Of a DNA stretch of 64,000 bases, positions 37,578-48,266 are shown in pieces (position 1 is the stretch's first letter; each line of letters opens with the position of its first letter). The DNA comes from a virus: positions 16,204-80,203 of the IMG/VR virus record IMGVR_UViG_3300034356_001764. One strand, 5' to 3'. Under the pieces are notes generated by a model that was not told where the DNA came from, ran no database searches, and saw only the letters and a program-made list of their open reading frames with translations. The position numbers and the translations under genes are program-made.

Positions 37578-38849
37578 TTAAAATCTCTTGAACAGATTGT
37601 TATTCTGTCTAGGGATTGTTCTTTGAGGTTTGTTAGAAGGTCTTGTCTTGAAGTCATCATCATCTGTTTGACTTGATGATCCAAGTTTTCTAGCTTCCTC
37701 AGTTTTTAATTGTCTTACTACTTTTTCAGTAGCTACTCTTCCTCCTTGATCTTTTACTTTAGTTCTGTATCCTTCTGGATCAGAAAGTAACCAAAGAGCT
37801 TCAGCAATTAAACCATGATTTGGTTCCACAAACTGATACTTTTCAAGTAAGTGGCCAAGCAAGTTTGTTTGCTTTCCAGAGATTGATGGATAATTTGGTT
37901 GAACCAATCCTGAATATAACACGCTCTGTGTTTTCTTATCAAGTTTAATTCCTCCAATCTCTCCTCCAAGTAAAGTATTATATACACTATCAGTGTATGC
38001 TCTAGCTTGTTTAGATTGTTGATCTTTTTTCATCTCTTGCTCTGCAAGTTGACGTGCAACAATCTCTTCTTGCATTCTATCCAACTTTGGTTTGAACTGA
38101 TTAGCTTTTTGACCAAGCTTATCAAGATCTCTCCAGTCTTCAACCTCAGATTCAATTTCTTCTGGAGTACCAAAACCTGTTGCATAAAGATACTGTCTTG
38201 CAATTTCAGCTTGATCATATTCATCATCTGGATCTAACTGACGCATCTCCTCTACTTGAGCAAGTGTTCTGAACAAACCTTTTAAGTCTTGACCTCCATC
38301 AGCAACATACTTTGCTGCTAGTTGAAGTTCTTCTGGTAAAGCATTAAAGAATTCTTTTGGAGTATTCTCTTTAATCTTTGCAGCTCTTTCTTCAAAGTTT
38401 GCTTCAAACAGTTCTCTAAAATCTTTAGTGGTGTAATCCTCTAATGATTTATCATCATCAAAAGGAATTAACTCACCTTCTTCAATCATTTTAGATGCTA
38501 ATTCAAATAAACCTGACTTGTCAACTTTAGGTCTTCCTTTGTTGCCAGCTTCTTCTTCTTGTAAGATTAAGCCATCAAGTTCAGCAATAGTTTCATCAGC
38601 TTCTGCTTTCTTATCTGCTATCTCCCTTTTTTCAGCAGGAGTTGCAGGTGTCTTTTCAAGGAACGAGGTGTCAACATCTTCTCCTTGTGAGAATAGTGAC
38701 TTTGGTTTCTCTTCTTTGCCATCTTCTGGAAGCATCACATTCTCTGCCCCAGGTGCCCCAAATAAGGCATCAATGTCTACTTCTCTTTGCTCTACCGTTG
38801 TAGAGTCTAATACCTGATCATCAGGGTTGTTGTTGGTTTTTTCCATCAC
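37578..38849 (-). CDS. Putative scaffolding protein
   Basis: Acidic, helical ORF between portal and major capsid genes. Confidence 0.55.
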   Translation of the reverse strand: MMEKTNNNPDDQVLDSTTVEQREVDIDALFGAPGAENVMLPEDGKEEKPKSLFSQGEDVDTSFLEKTPATPAEKREIADKKAEADETIAELDGLILQEEEAGNKGRPKVDKSGLFELASKMIEEGELIPFDDDKSLEDYTTKDFRELFEANFEERAAKIKENTPKEFFNALPEELQLAAKYVADGGQDLKGLFRTLAQVEEMRQLDPDDEYDQAEIARQYLYATGFGTPEEIESEVEDWRDLDKLGQKANQFKPKLDRMQEEIVARQLAEQEMKKDQQSKQARAYTDSVYNTLLGGEIGGIKLDKKTQSVLYSGLVQPNYPSISGKQTNLLGHLLEKYQFVEPNHGLIAEALWLLSDPEGYRTKVKDQGGRVATEKVVRQLKTEEARKLGSSSQTDDDDFKTRPSNKPQRTIPRQNNNLFKRF

Positions 38850-38939
38850 TGTTGGTTTTAATGATACACTATAATATACAAATAAATCTTTTAAATTTAA
38901 AGTGCTATTTGTAATTTTTTTGCATTATATAGCTACAAA

Positions 38940-41690
38940 CTATTTTTTAGTTTTACTGTCTTTACCAGAATCATATTTATTCTTGTTAATTCTAGCAATT
39001 TCAACTTGTTTGTTTGCTATATCTTCTTGCACTTGAAGCTTTCTTTCTTCAATACTCATCTTTTGAGAATGTCTAATATTGTCATCAGATTGTTTTTCTC
39101 TTTGTAAATCCATTTGACTTTGGTACTGTTCTGTCTGTCTAATGTTTTTCATTTCATCCTGATAATCTGATATCTCATTCTTATTGATATCCTGCATTGC
39201 ACCAAATCCAGCAGATCTAATTTCAGCAACAGTAATATTATTTGCAAGCTCTCTTTCTTGTTTATCAGCATCAGCTTGAATTTTAGCTTGTAACTGTTTC
39301 TCTTGAGATGCAAGTTGTTCTTGTTGCATTTGTTGTGCAGCTTGTTGCTCTTGTTGTTTCTGTTGTTGTATCTTAGCTTCAGAATCTTTAAGCACTGAGT
39401 TAAGCTCTGAGATTGAATCTGACTGAACTAATTTACCTAAGTCATATATAGAGGCCCCTGTTGTATTATTCTGCATTGCCATAGACTTTAATTGTTCTAG
39501 TACAGCTCTGTGGTTTGCAGTAGTTGTACAGAATATATTAAGATCGCGCATTAGAAGGTCTGTGCCATTGATTTGAAAGTTTACCTTTTCATCATTGCCG
39601 GTTATGTATGTTAGTCTACTGGAAGGTTTTGTAGAATGATAATACTGTGCAAGGTCAGTTCTCATCTGATGTACTCTTGGCATTAGATAATCACAGTGTT
39701 GAATAAAGAATACTTCTGTTTGAGCATAAGATGCTGCGGCAGCTTGTTCTACTCCGGTAGCAGTCATTTGTGATAACTGAGCACCCATACGTTGTGGGTT
39801 TACTCCTATAACTTCATAAGCCTGTTGCTTAAAGTGGTTAGCTAATTGTACCCTTGACATTAATCTTTCTGTCTGAGATAGATCTAGTTTTTGGAAATGC
39901 TGAAAGTTTAATGCATTCTCTGTATTTGTAATACTAGTATCAAGAGGTAGAATTTGAAAATTCTTCATTGCTGTATAGGCATTAGCATAATTTCCTTTTC
40001 CCCAGTCTTCACCCAAGGAATGCTTTGGTAAAGTATTTTGGTCAAGCATGATGATAGTACCAAGTTCATCTACCAGGATATCAGCTATTTGATTGTTGAC
40101 AATGTTATATCCAATCTGGTATGGCTTCATTAAATCAATCAATGCAGTAGACTTTGTATTTCTATCAGAGAACACCGCTCCTTCTACAGGAAGCTTGCAA
40201 CCATAAAGAGTATTATCACCTTTAAATTGAAACTTTAAAGAGCTAATGTGGTTCTTATCTATACCTACATAGATAGGAGAGAATCCACCGGGGTTATTCA
40301 TACCCCAGAAAGAAGGAATGTTTGGTCCAATTTTTACACCACCCCACACTTCATTAATCCAAATCCAATCAATATGCTCACCATATACTAAATTGTCTTT
40401 AGTTTTATTCTTGAAAAGTCTAGTATCATAGATTGGTTTTTCTTCAACTTTGTAGTCTTCAGTTATTACTTCATTAATAACTTCTCCATTCTCAGCTACT
40501 TTAGTTAAGTTACCAACTTTACGCTGAGACTTCCAATATACTGTTGATACTCTTAATAAGTATGCAGTACCTTGATCATAATAATCTTCTCCCTCAGACA
40601 AAATCTGATTGATTATGTCTCCTTGGTTGATAACACTACCGTTCATTGCTGAGGTATACTGTCTGTAAGCAAGAGAAGGCATCTGAGTATTCCACTCATG
40701 TGATTTAGTTCCATCATACATAGAACCATCATTTTGGATACCACCAATTGTATATCCTGCAGATCTAATTGGGTAAACAGCTTCTAGTGCTTCTAATTGT
40801 TCAGTTGTCATCTGATAACCATAACGGTCAATAACATCTGATGCTGTCATCATGTCTGTTTTACCAACCCATTGTGACTGAGAAATATATCTTGCATCTG
40901 GAGATTTGTGGTAGAAAGTAATAGCTGGATTCCATAACTCTACTTCATAGTCATCCTCCATCATTCTAAAATGCCAGAATTCTCTATCTGTAATGAGCAT
41001 GTCCCTGAAGCCTCTCTCTTCTAGTTCATCCATTTTAAATCTTTCAACATCTACTTTGTGCTGGTGAGTTGCCCACTCTTCAACCATTGATCTATAATCC
41101 TTCTTAAAGAATTGCTCTATCTCTGGTAAAGTTTTAAGATTCTCTGGATTTAATTGTTGTTGTGCTTCTTCAGATTCTGGATCAAGACCTTGCTCTAACA
41201 AAGCTGCAGTAAGTTTAATTTGAGCATCTGCCATAAGAACTTCTTCAACTGCAGCACGTTTTTGTTCCATCATCTCATTGTATGAGAACTCATCAACAGC
41301 TCTGTATGTTAATTTAGTTGATCTCTTAGCAAATTCAGCTACTAGAACATTAATAACATTAGGTATGATTGGGTAGAATCTTAACTCTAAAGCTGACTGA
41401 TCCTCTTTAGTAAGAACATCAACCATGTCTCTATAGTCATTATCTTCTTCAACTATATAATCTGATTTATCAATTACACCTTTAGCCAACTTATAGTTTT
41501 TCATAAGTCTTCTAGCATTTCTTCTAATCTGCTTAAGTCCTTGCCACTCAACCCAGTCTAGATTCCATGCTGCCCACTGCTGATCTTTCTCAGCTTTTGG
41601 TAAAAATTGTAATGGCTGAGTAATACTACCAATTCTATTAGGTTTAGTTTTAGCCCCAGCTTTGGCTTGCATTGCGTTAATTATCTGCAT
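38940..41690 (-). CDS. Portal protein
   Basis: 916 aa; FYPIIPNVINVLVAE, LIDLMKPYQI.YNI and IGVNPQRMG motifs; Q-rich C-terminal barrel; adjacent to terminase. Confidence 0.85.
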   Translation of the reverse strand: MQIINAMQAKAGAKTKPNRIGSITQPLQFLPKAEKDQQWAAWNLDWVEWQGLKQIRRNARRLMKNYKLAKGVIDKSDYIVEEDNDYRDMVDVLTKEDQSALELRFYPIIPNVINVLVAEFAKRSTKLTYRAVDEFSYNEMMEQKRAAVEEVLMADAQIKLTAALLEQGLDPESEEAQQQLNPENLKTLPEIEQFFKKDYRSMVEEWATHQHKVDVERFKMDELEERGFRDMLITDREFWHFRMMEDDYEVELWNPAITFYHKSPDARYISQSQWVGKTDMMTASDVIDRYGYQMTTEQLEALEAVYPIRSAGYTIGGIQNDGSMYDGTKSHEWNTQMPSLAYRQYTSAMNGSVINQGDIINQILSEGEDYYDQGTAYLLRVSTVYWKSQRKVGNLTKVAENGEVINEVITEDYKVEEKPIYDTRLFKNKTKDNLVYGEHIDWIWINEVWGGVKIGPNIPSFWGMNNPGGFSPIYVGIDKNHISSLKFQFKGDNTLYGCKLPVEGAVFSDRNTKSTALIDLMKPYQIGYNIVNNQIADILVDELGTIIMLDQNTLPKHSLGEDWGKGNYANAYTAMKNFQILPLDTSITNTENALNFQHFQKLDLSQTERLMSRVQLANHFKQQAYEVIGVNPQRMGAQLSQMTATGVEQAAAASYAQTEVFFIQHCDYLMPRVHQMRTDLAQYYHSTKPSSRLTYITGNDEKVNFQINGTDLLMRDLNIFCTTTANHRAVLEQLKSMAMQNNTTGASIYDLGKLVQSDSISELNSVLKDSEAKIQQQKQQEQQAAQQMQQEQLASQEKQLQAKIQADADKQERELANNITVAEIRSAGFGAMQDINKNEISDYQDEMKNIRQTEQYQSQMDLQREKQSDDNIRHSQKMSIEERKLQVQEDIANKQVEIARINKNKYDSGKDSKTKK

Positions 41691-41695
41691 AACTC

Positions 41696-43900
41696 TTATT
41701 TAATATTTTTGAATGGTGATCTTTTAAAATTCTGACCATTGCCAAGTTGGCCTCTTCCCATATGACGGAAAGGACTCCTATTTAATTTAAACAAATTTTC
41801 TGACTTTTGCAAGTTTTTAGCTGCATCATCCATGATTACTCTCTTTGAATAACCTCTGTTAGCTTGTTGAATTCTCATGAAAGCAACAAGTGCACAAAAT
41901 GAAACCAGCCTATCCACATTGACTCCATCTGAATATTCTCTCATTTCCTTTAGAAGCATAGGATCTGGAATCCTTTCAATACCATATTTGGTTCTTACAA
42001 TAGTTCCATCAGGTTTTGTTTCTACATCTAATTCTTCTTTAGTGTATTCAATCGCATAACTTAACAAGTGAGCTTTAAATAATACACCTGTATTCTTCCA
42101 ACCATACTCCTGGAATACATTAGCATTGGCACCAAGATCTTTCAAGAAAAGTATTTGACTCTTAGGTACTAAGAATCTTTGCTTCTTTCTAGAAATCATA
42201 TACTGGATAAAAAGAGAAATGTTATTCTCTATTACTGTCCATGCATTGTACCATTCTATGATAAGCTCTAATTGCTGGTGTGTTTTATTGATATCATCAT
42301 ATCTACCACACCATGATGCTACAATTCTATCTTGTTCAATGAAGGTCTCTGTCTCAGTTCCAGAAATCTTAGTTACCTCTACTGGAGCTTTCATTATATA
42401 GATAGAACATAATGATTCTGATGTTGTTGTTTTACCTTCTGATACAGGGTCAATAGAAGCGTAATACTGTCCGAAGGTTGGGTCAGGAATTGGTCTTTCC
42501 CATACAACAATACAACCAGTTTTATCTTCAGTCTTTTTAGATACTGGAAATTCAGAGATAGGTCTTTTATTACTAGTCTTTACACTTGGTTTTCCGTTCT
42601 CATCTGTAGAGATATCTAAAAACTCATAAGCATATTCTTTTTCTTCTATTCTTCTTTCCTGAGCTCCAATAAGATGTGTAGGAAATACAGATACAGTTCT
42701 ATTAGCAAAGGCCTCTTCAATGTTTCTAGGATGCTGAGAGATTCTTAACTGGTAAGTTTCCGGGTCTAATTCTTTTTTCCATTTATCAAACTGTTCATCT
42801 AAAGCCTTTAATGCTTCTTCTACAAGTGAATTACCATATTGATCTATGTATGGTGGCATTGACCATTGCTCAGGAATAAATAATCCAGATAATCCTACAG
42901 TTCTATTCTTGTCTAGTAAGTTAGATTCAACAGCATAGATATCATTATCTGAAGGATGTAATATCATTTTTCTTAGTGGTTCACATTGTGATAAATCACC
43001 CACAGATCCTGCAGCTATAAACATTCCTGTAGTAGTCAAACCAGATCTCATAGCAGGACGCATGTACTCATATGTTTTATTCATCTTAGGAGCAATCCCG
43101 GCCTCTTCATGAAAGAAGTATTTAACTGGACCCCCTACACCATTTGTAGGATCCTTTTCAAATGACATACCTTGTATAGTTCCTTTAAGACCTACTTCAT
43201 TTTTTCTGTCACCTTTTCTTACCTCAATCTTCTGCTGCCACATCATTACTTTGCTTGGATTCATTGGACGGTACCAAGCTGTGTGCTCATTTAAGAATGC
43301 TGCATATTCATCTAAGAATTTCCAAGAACCTTTTTCATTGATGTAATCTTTAAGACTTGCTCCAATCTTTAGTGTGACCCCTGCCTCAAACCATTGTTGA
43401 CAAAGTAACTTTGCCATGTGATAATATGAAGATGCAATCTGACGTTTCTTTAATACTGCAACATGTTGATAATTAAGTTCAGCAAGCATTTCATAAAGAG
43501 CAAGATGATACTGGGCATCTCTAATATCTGCAAATCCAAACTGTTGTATCTCTTTGTTAAAGATAGGTAAGAAGTTTAACCACATGTAATACTCCCGCGC
43601 TAGATACCAGTTCTTTTCTCCACTCTTAATTAAGACACCTTTTCTGCACTTAGCTTTTTGATCATCCCAATAATTTAAAAAGTCTTTTGATTTAAATGGA
43701 GCCATGGTATAAACATTCTGCATTTTAAATCTTCTTGATTCTACTGTAAATAGATCAGCACTTACTTCATCAAACTGATATTCACCTGGTTCTTTAAAAA
43801 TGCTAAATAAAAAAGTAGCAAACTCTTCTCTAGTTTCAAAAGAAGTTATTGTCCAAGTACCGTTATCCCACGTAGGAATATCTTGATATATCTCACTCAT
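41696..43900 (-). CDS. terL: Terminase large subunit
   Basis: KKRQIASS Walker A-like, FFHEEAG Walker B and YASIDP nuclease motifs; IENN and C-terminal VDRL. Confidence 0.9.
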   Translation of the reverse strand: MSEIYQDIPTWDNGTWTITSFETREEFATFLFSIFKEPGEYQFDEVSADLFTVESRRFKMQNVYTMAPFKSKDFLNYWDDQKAKCRKGVLIKSGEKNWYLAREYYMWLNFLPIFNKEIQQFGFADIRDAQYHLALYEMLAELNYQHVAVLKKRQIASSYYHMAKLLCQQWFEAGVTLKIGASLKDYINEKGSWKFLDEYAAFLNEHTAWYRPMNPSKVMMWQQKIEVRKGDRKNEVGLKGTIQGMSFEKDPTNGVGGPVKYFFHEEAGIAPKMNKTYEYMRPAMRSGLTTTGMFIAAGSVGDLSQCEPLRKMILHPSDNDIYAVESNLLDKNRTVGLSGLFIPEQWSMPPYIDQYGNSLVEEALKALDEQFDKWKKELDPETYQLRISQHPRNIEEAFANRTVSVFPTHLIGAQERRIEEKEYAYEFLDISTDENGKPSVKTSNKRPISEFPVSKKTEDKTGCIVVWERPIPDPTFGQYYASIDPVSEGKTTTSESLCSIYIMKAPVEVTKISGTETETFIEQDRIVASWCGRYDDINKTHQQLELIIEWYNAWTVIENNISLFIQYMISRKKQRFLVPKSQILFLKDLGANANVFQEYGWKNTGVLFKAHLLSYAIEYTKEELDVETKPDGTIVRTKYGIERIPDPMLLKEMREYSDGVNVDRLVSFCALVAFMRIQQANRGYSKRVIMDDAAKNLQKSENLFKLNRSPFRHMGRGQLGNGQNFKRSPFKNIK

Positions 43901-44415
43901 TATGCATCATATGCTAGTCCTTGACCTCCGCGTACTTTGCTAGATTGCTCCTCTTGTAAGTCTTTATAAACTCCTTTGAATGAGGCTCTTATCTGATCAA
44001 AATTCTTTGCGGCTGCTACAAGTGAATTAATATTTCCATCTCTTCCTGCTGTGATGGGTGTAGTTTCCATATACTTTCCAAGCCTATCAAGCATTGAAGA
44101 CATTCCTTTATATGCTCTAGATGTAGGAGTTTCATACATTCTTTCACAAAATCTTAATGCTGCAAAAACTGTAGCATCTTCTGTTGAGAACTCTCCTTCA
44201 ATCTCACGCATTATTATAGATTCTTTTTCAACTTCTGGAGTATGAAAGAAAGGATTCATATCTGGATTAGGACAAGTCATATAAAACAGATACTGGTAAA
44301 TCTTAAGATGCTCTTCTGGATATTCATCCATTACATCTTTTAATGCCTTCAGTGTATAACAGTGCTCAGTAGGGATTACTGTTCTGTTTTGAACATCAAA
44401 TAGTTTTATTAACAT
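43900..44415 (-). CDS. Conserved protein upstream of terL (possible small terminase)
   Basis: Helical, translationally coupled to terL, ends VRGGQGLAYD. Confidence 0.45.
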   Translation of the reverse strand: MLIKLFDVQNRTVIPTEHCYTLKALKDVMDEYPEEHLKIYQYLFYMTCPNPDMNPFFHTPEVEKESIIMREIEGEFSTEDATVFAALRFCERMYETPTSRAYKGMSSMLDRLGKYMETTPITAGRDGNINSLVAAAKNFDQIRASFKGVYKDLQEEQSSKVRGGQGLAYDA

Positions 44416-45248
44416 TAGTGTTTTGTTTTAAGTTTATCTCTGTTGTCATTAATATAATGAATAATTGCCAATACTTCATCAACTAAATAAGGTATTGCAA
44501 TTGGTAAAACTTCTTTTACTATAGGATCTCCATGAAGATCACGCTTTGTTATTGGGTATCCCCAGTCATCTTCACCTTCAACTTCAAAAATTACATGATG
44601 AACAAATATTCTTCCTGGCTTAAGTTTTGGATTATGCTTAAGTATAATGTACATGTAGATGCTTAACTGTAAAGCATAGTGATAGAAATGACAATCATCA
44701 AGATTATCTACTGGAGGTAACAACTTAGTTGATTTACCTTCCCAGTCTACCCATGATTCTTTTTTAATTTCTTTGTTAGTTTTATAGTCAATGATATTTA
44801 CTTTACCATTGACTACTTCAACTAAATCTGATTGTCCACAAATACCTACTGAACGTAGATATACCATGTGCTCAGGATAAACTCCTGGTTCAAGCTTTTG
44901 AGATGGAGCATGTCTTATTCCATTATTCTCACCGGATGGTTTAAATACAGGAATAGTTACTCCTTCTCTTTCAATTGAAGCAAATGAACATATGTCATCT
45001 TCTCTTTGGTTATGATAAAATGTTCCAAGAGTAGTAGATCTATCTGCTTCATTTTTCCAAATTTGTTGTATTATAATAGGATCAACACCAGCCCACTTTG
45101 ACTTCTTGTTTTTAGAAACTCTTTCTGCAACCTTCTTTGTATCAAAAGGTATTTTAAAATGAGAGACAAGTGTTGTTACACTTACCCAATCAATGTTACT
45201 ATCTTCAAGACTTTTGTAACTGTGATCATCTGCGTTAAATACTATCAT
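44415..45248 (-). CDS. PD-(D/E)xK exonuclease
   Basis: SVTT, GTFYH, GQSDLV, IIDYKT and YALQLSIY motifs. Confidence 0.8.
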   Translation of the reverse strand: MIVFNADDHSYKSLEDSNIDWVSVTTLVSHFKIPFDTKKVAERVSKNKKSKWAGVDPIIIQQIWKNEADRSTTLGTFYHNQREDDICSFASIEREGVTIPVFKPSGENNGIRHAPSQKLEPGVYPEHMVYLRSVGICGQSDLVEVVNGKVNIIDYKTNKEIKKESWVDWEGKSTKLLPPVDNLDDCHFYHYALQLSIYMYIILKHNPKLKPGRIFVHHVIFEVEGEDDWGYPITKRDLHGDPIVKEVLPIAIPYLVDEVLAIIHYINDNRDKLKTKH

Positions 45249-45260
45249 TTTTTTTAATTG

Positions 45261-45611
45261 TTAAGCATTTTCAATAATTGAATCAGCTAATGTTCTAGCT
45301 GCCTTATCTTCTGACATGAACATTTTTTTAATATTACTTATTTCTTCTTGAGTAAACTTACCTTCCATACCAAGTATTTTGAGTCTTAGAAGTTTATTAT
45401 CTAATTCAAGTTTATCCATTCTTTCTTCTAAAAGAGTTGTAGGTGATCTATAAACATTTTTATGAGCTTCTGTTATTTGACTCCATAAACCATCTGCCAT
45501 TGAGCCAGGTATTCTTTTAGTACTTATTATTGTTTCATCTGAAGTTGTTATTGAACTTGGCTTATATATTTCTTTTGCCCAATCATCTTCATTATTTGGA
45601 TAGTCATACAT
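45261..45611 (-). CDS. Hypothetical protein
   Basis: In-operon ORF. Confidence 0.55.
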   Translation of the reverse strand: MYDYPNNEDDWAKEIYKPSSITTSDETIISTKRIPGSMADGLWSQITEAHKNVYRSPTTLLEERMDKLELDNKLLRLKILGMEGKFTQEEISNIKKMFMSEDKAARTLADSIIENA

Positions 45612-45615
45612 AAAA

Positions 45616-45924
45616 TTAATCTTTAAGGTTATCTAATGCATCTTCATCTTCTTCTGATATTAAAGAATTCCAACGTAAGTCAGGACAAGATGTAGATAGG
45701 GCTCTAACTTTAAAATGTAAAGAGCATCCACATAAATTACAACAAGGTTGAGTTCCTTGTACTACACAAGATTTACCTTCTTCATCTTTTCTAACACAGA
45801 TATTACATATGGCCATACGCTTTTCAGCAATATGCTCAACAAACTCATCTCTTATAATAGAGTTAGTTATCCCCTCCAGTATCTGTTTTCTGTTCTTCCA
45901 AATTTCTTTAAGATTTGCTTTCAT
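45616..45924 (-). CDS. Zn-finger protein
   Basis: RMAICNIC...CCNLCGCSL..K.R....CP...W. Confidence 0.65.
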   Translation of the reverse strand: MKANLKEIWKNRKQILEGITNSIIRDEFVEHIAEKRMAICNICVRKDEEGKSCVVQGTQPCCNLCGCSLHFKVRALSTSCPDLRWNSLISEEDEDALDNLKD

Positions 45925-46279
45925 TTCTTTTAGATTTAATGTTATCCTTTTTGATTTCCTGATCTGCTATTCTCTGCTCTAGTTTGATCAGTAGATCAAG
46001 TTTGTTTTCTACAGCCTTCTTATTAAAGTAAGCTCTGAAAGTAGAAGTATCATGATTACTTAAACTCTTGGTATATTTGGGTATTGCTTTCCTAATTAAT
46101 CTAGGTTTTGCTACAAACTGACCAAGACCATCCACATTTATTCTAGGATGTGCTAAGTTACTCATGTTCTCTCTTACTGCTTTATAATAGAATTCAATAA
46201 AGTCTTCTACTAAAGGTTCCGGAACATCTAGTTCATCAGCAACCTGTCTGTAAAGTTTATTTGCCTTCTTGGGATTCAT
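45908..46279 (-). CDS. HU/IHF-like protein
   Basis: VADEL...VEDFI...INVDGLGQF. Confidence 0.55.
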   Translation of the reverse strand: MNPKKANKLYRQVADELDVPEPLVEDFIEFYYKAVRENMSNLAHPRINVDGLGQFVAKPRLIRKAIPKYTKSLSNHDTSTFRAYFNKKAVENKLDLLIKLEQRIADQEIKKDNIKSKRNESKS

Positions 46280-46637
46280 GTGCTAAGAACTTATAATCTA
46301 ATAACACTGTACCTTCTGTTTGAATCTTTAATGCTGGATTAAGCATAATCAACTTCTTATTCTCTGAATCTTTAACTACTAAACCATTCTTCTCAGATTT
46401 GTTTATAGAATTTCTTACAGTTTGTGGAGACTTAAATATCCAATCCTCATCTGTAGAAGTATCAACACAAAAATGACTGAGCTCTATTGGCTGGTTAAAA
46501 CTAAGCAATGTCAAACAGTTAAGATCAGACTCACTCATTGCTATATGATTAACATAACAATGAGTTAAAATCTGAAATTTTACTACATCCCACTTTGGCA
46601 TCTTTACACGTTTCTCAACTTGATTTACTAATGCCAT
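46257..46637 (-). CDS. Putative HTH (RepL-like) DNA-binding protein
   Basis: SPQTVRNSINK..K.GLV...LNP winged-helix-like pattern. Confidence 0.45.
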   Translation of the reverse strand: MALVNQVEKRVKMPKWDVVKFQILTHCYVNHIAMSESDLNCLTLLSFNQPIELSHFCVDTSTDEDWIFKSPQTVRNSINKSEKNGLVVKDSENKKLIMLNPALKIQTEGTVLLDYKFLAHESQEGK

Positions 46638-46641
46638 GATG

Positions 46642-46920
46642 TTATCCCTTTTTTAGTTTTCTTTCTTTTGGTTTATCTTCACTCTCTGGACCCTCTGCTG
46701 GTCTCTCTTGAGTTTCTTGCATCATCATTGCATACTGTATACCATACTGAGCACGTCTAAATCTTTCATGATCAATGTCAGCTAATAGTTTTTCATACTC
46801 ATGTTGTGCTTTAAGATAAGGAAGAGACTCAGTGTAGAAAAGTAACATTTCTTCTTTTCTTGCTGTTAGTTCTTCTGCTGATAACTGTTGCTCAGCTTCA
46901 TTAAATTGTTGGTTGTCCAT
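46642..46920 (-). CDS. Hypothetical protein
   Basis: First ORF after the promoter at 46944. Confidence 0.6.
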   Translation of the reverse strand: MDNQQFNEAEQQLSAEELTARKEEMLLFYTESLPYLKAQHEYEKLLADIDHERFRRAQYGIQYAMMMQETQERPAEGPESEDKPKERKLKKG

Positions 46921-46943
46921 CTTATTATATTTTAAAGTTTACA

Positions 46944-46951
46944 CAAATATA
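46944..46951 (-). promoter_or_regulatory. Bacteroidota -7 promoter element TATATTTG
   Basis: Matches TAnnTTTG 23 nt upstream of the ATG. Confidence 0.55.
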
Positions 46952-46978
46952 CAATTTTTGTTTAAACATATATAATGT

Positions 46979-47014
46979 AAAAAAGAAAATCCAGGCATAC
47001 AACACACCTGGATT
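46979..47014 (-). terminator. Intrinsic terminator after the lysis cassette
   Basis: AATCCAGG...CCTGGATT stem plus T tract. Confidence 0.7.
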
Positions 47015-47032
47015 ACTATACTTTAAGTAGAC

Positions 47033-47191
47033 TTATCTATTTTTAATGGTAAAGTTGCAAATAGTTATCATATAAAATTCTCTAGATATATCAATCTCTA
47101 CGGTAAAAAAATCAATTTTACCAATTCTAAAACGAATAGCAAACTTATCCCATTGCTTATTCTTTACTTTCCAGTTGTTTCTAAGTATCAT
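47033..47191 (-). CDS. 52-aa protein coupled to the endolysin (missed by ORF track)
   Basis: MILRNNWKVKNKQWDKFAIRF...IKNR; ATGA overlap with the endolysin stop. Confidence 0.6.
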   Translation of the reverse strand: MILRNNWKVKNKQWDKFAIRFRIGKIDFFTVEIDISREFYMITICNFTIKNR

Positions 47192-47982
47192 ACAATATCA
47201 TTTGATTCAATTAATGTATATGTAAAGTTGTTTCCATGTGCAGCTTTTGCTTTACGGCAAATTGCCATAAACTCTTCAAAGTCTGCGGCCTTCTTAAACA
47301 CTTGACATCCTTCTGACCAGTTTTCTACAAAAGTAGAATCGGCACCAGCTTTATGAATATTGATACCAAAGAGACCTTCTTGAATAGACTTCTCATCATA
47401 TATCATATCCTTGTTTGGATCACGGTATACTTTAACTGGTTTGTTTTGTCCTAGTGCTTCATACTTACCAGAATGAAGACGCATTATATGAGAGTTAATA
47501 TATTGTCCTTCAACTAATCTAGCTACACCAGCTTTGTTTCCAAATTGCATTACACCTTTAGTTCCAGGATCTGTAGTTGCTGGCCAACAATGAAAATGCT
47601 CTACATCATCAACAGTATAAGTTAAAGTTAAATGATCATCAAATAAGTTAGTTACTTTTTGACCTGTAGAAGAGTTTCTTACTCCTACAATATTTAACAT
47701 TAAATCTTTACCATCAAACCACTTGTGTCCTTTTGATGCTACTGCTTTTTTTATTTGAGCTGCTGTGTACTTAGTAGCAACTGCAGGTTTACTATCTACA
47801 GTAATACCCATTTTAGCTAATGTAGCAGGCCCTACTACTCCATCAGGAGTTAATCCGTTCTTAGTCTGCCAAGCTTTTACTGCTTCTTCTGTTTTAGGGC
47901 CAAAGTTTCCTACTGGATCTACACCTAATACTACTTGAATCTTTTTGACAATCTCATTGTTGTCTCCTTTTTTAAGTACCAT
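47188..47982 (-). CDS. Endolysin: PG-binding domain + L,D-transpeptidase-like catalytic domain
   Basis: LKKGD...G.FGPKT..AVKAWQ...DGVVG..T; GINIH...WSEGCQV His/Cys motif. Confidence 0.75.
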   Translation of the reverse strand: MVLKKGDNNEIVKKIQVVLGVDPVGNFGPKTEEAVKAWQTKNGLTPDGVVGPATLAKMGITVDSKPAVATKYTAAQIKKAVASKGHKWFDGKDLMLNIVGVRNSSTGQKVTNLFDDHLTLTYTVDDVEHFHCWPATTDPGTKGVMQFGNKAGVARLVEGQYINSHIMRLHSGKYEALGQNKPVKVYRDPNKDMIYDEKSIQEGLFGINIHKAGADSTFVENWSEGCQVFKKAADFEEFMAICRKAKAAHGNNFTYTLIESNDIV

Positions 47983-47984
47983 AA

Positions 47985-48266
47985 TTATCCTATTTCTTCG
48001 TTATTACTTTCTTCTTGAGAAGTTTTATTAGCTTTCTTTTTAAGTGACATGATTCTACCTGCTGTAGTAATACCAAATGCACCAAGAGTAATGATCATAA
48101 AGCCATCAAAAATAAACTCTTTAATAATTAATTCTTTACCCCAAATACCTGTAACTACATCAACTATTAATATAAAGGCCATAGCAAAGAATGCTACTAC
48201 ACCTACAAATGCTTGTTCATTGATTTTGTTGTCATCTGAGATTAGCTCTCTAAAAAATTTTTTCAT
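47985..48266 (-). CDS. Holin-like membrane protein (2 TM)
   Basis: Two hydrophobic helices and a charged tail, next to the endolysin. Confidence 0.55.
   Translation of the reverse strand: MKKFFRELISDDNKINEQAFVGVVAFFAMAFILIVDVVTGIWGKELIIKEFIFDGFMIITLGAFGITTAGRIMSLKKKANKTSQEESNNEEIG

Noticed and set aside
35932-43900. Inteins or group I introns in terminase/portal/capsid genes
   Set aside because: ORFs are contiguous and of ordinary size; no intein splice motifs or LAGLIDADG inserts recognised.
44415-45248. Cas4/CRISPR system
   Set aside because: Stand-alone PD-(D/E)xK nuclease; no repeat-spacer array or other cas genes seen.
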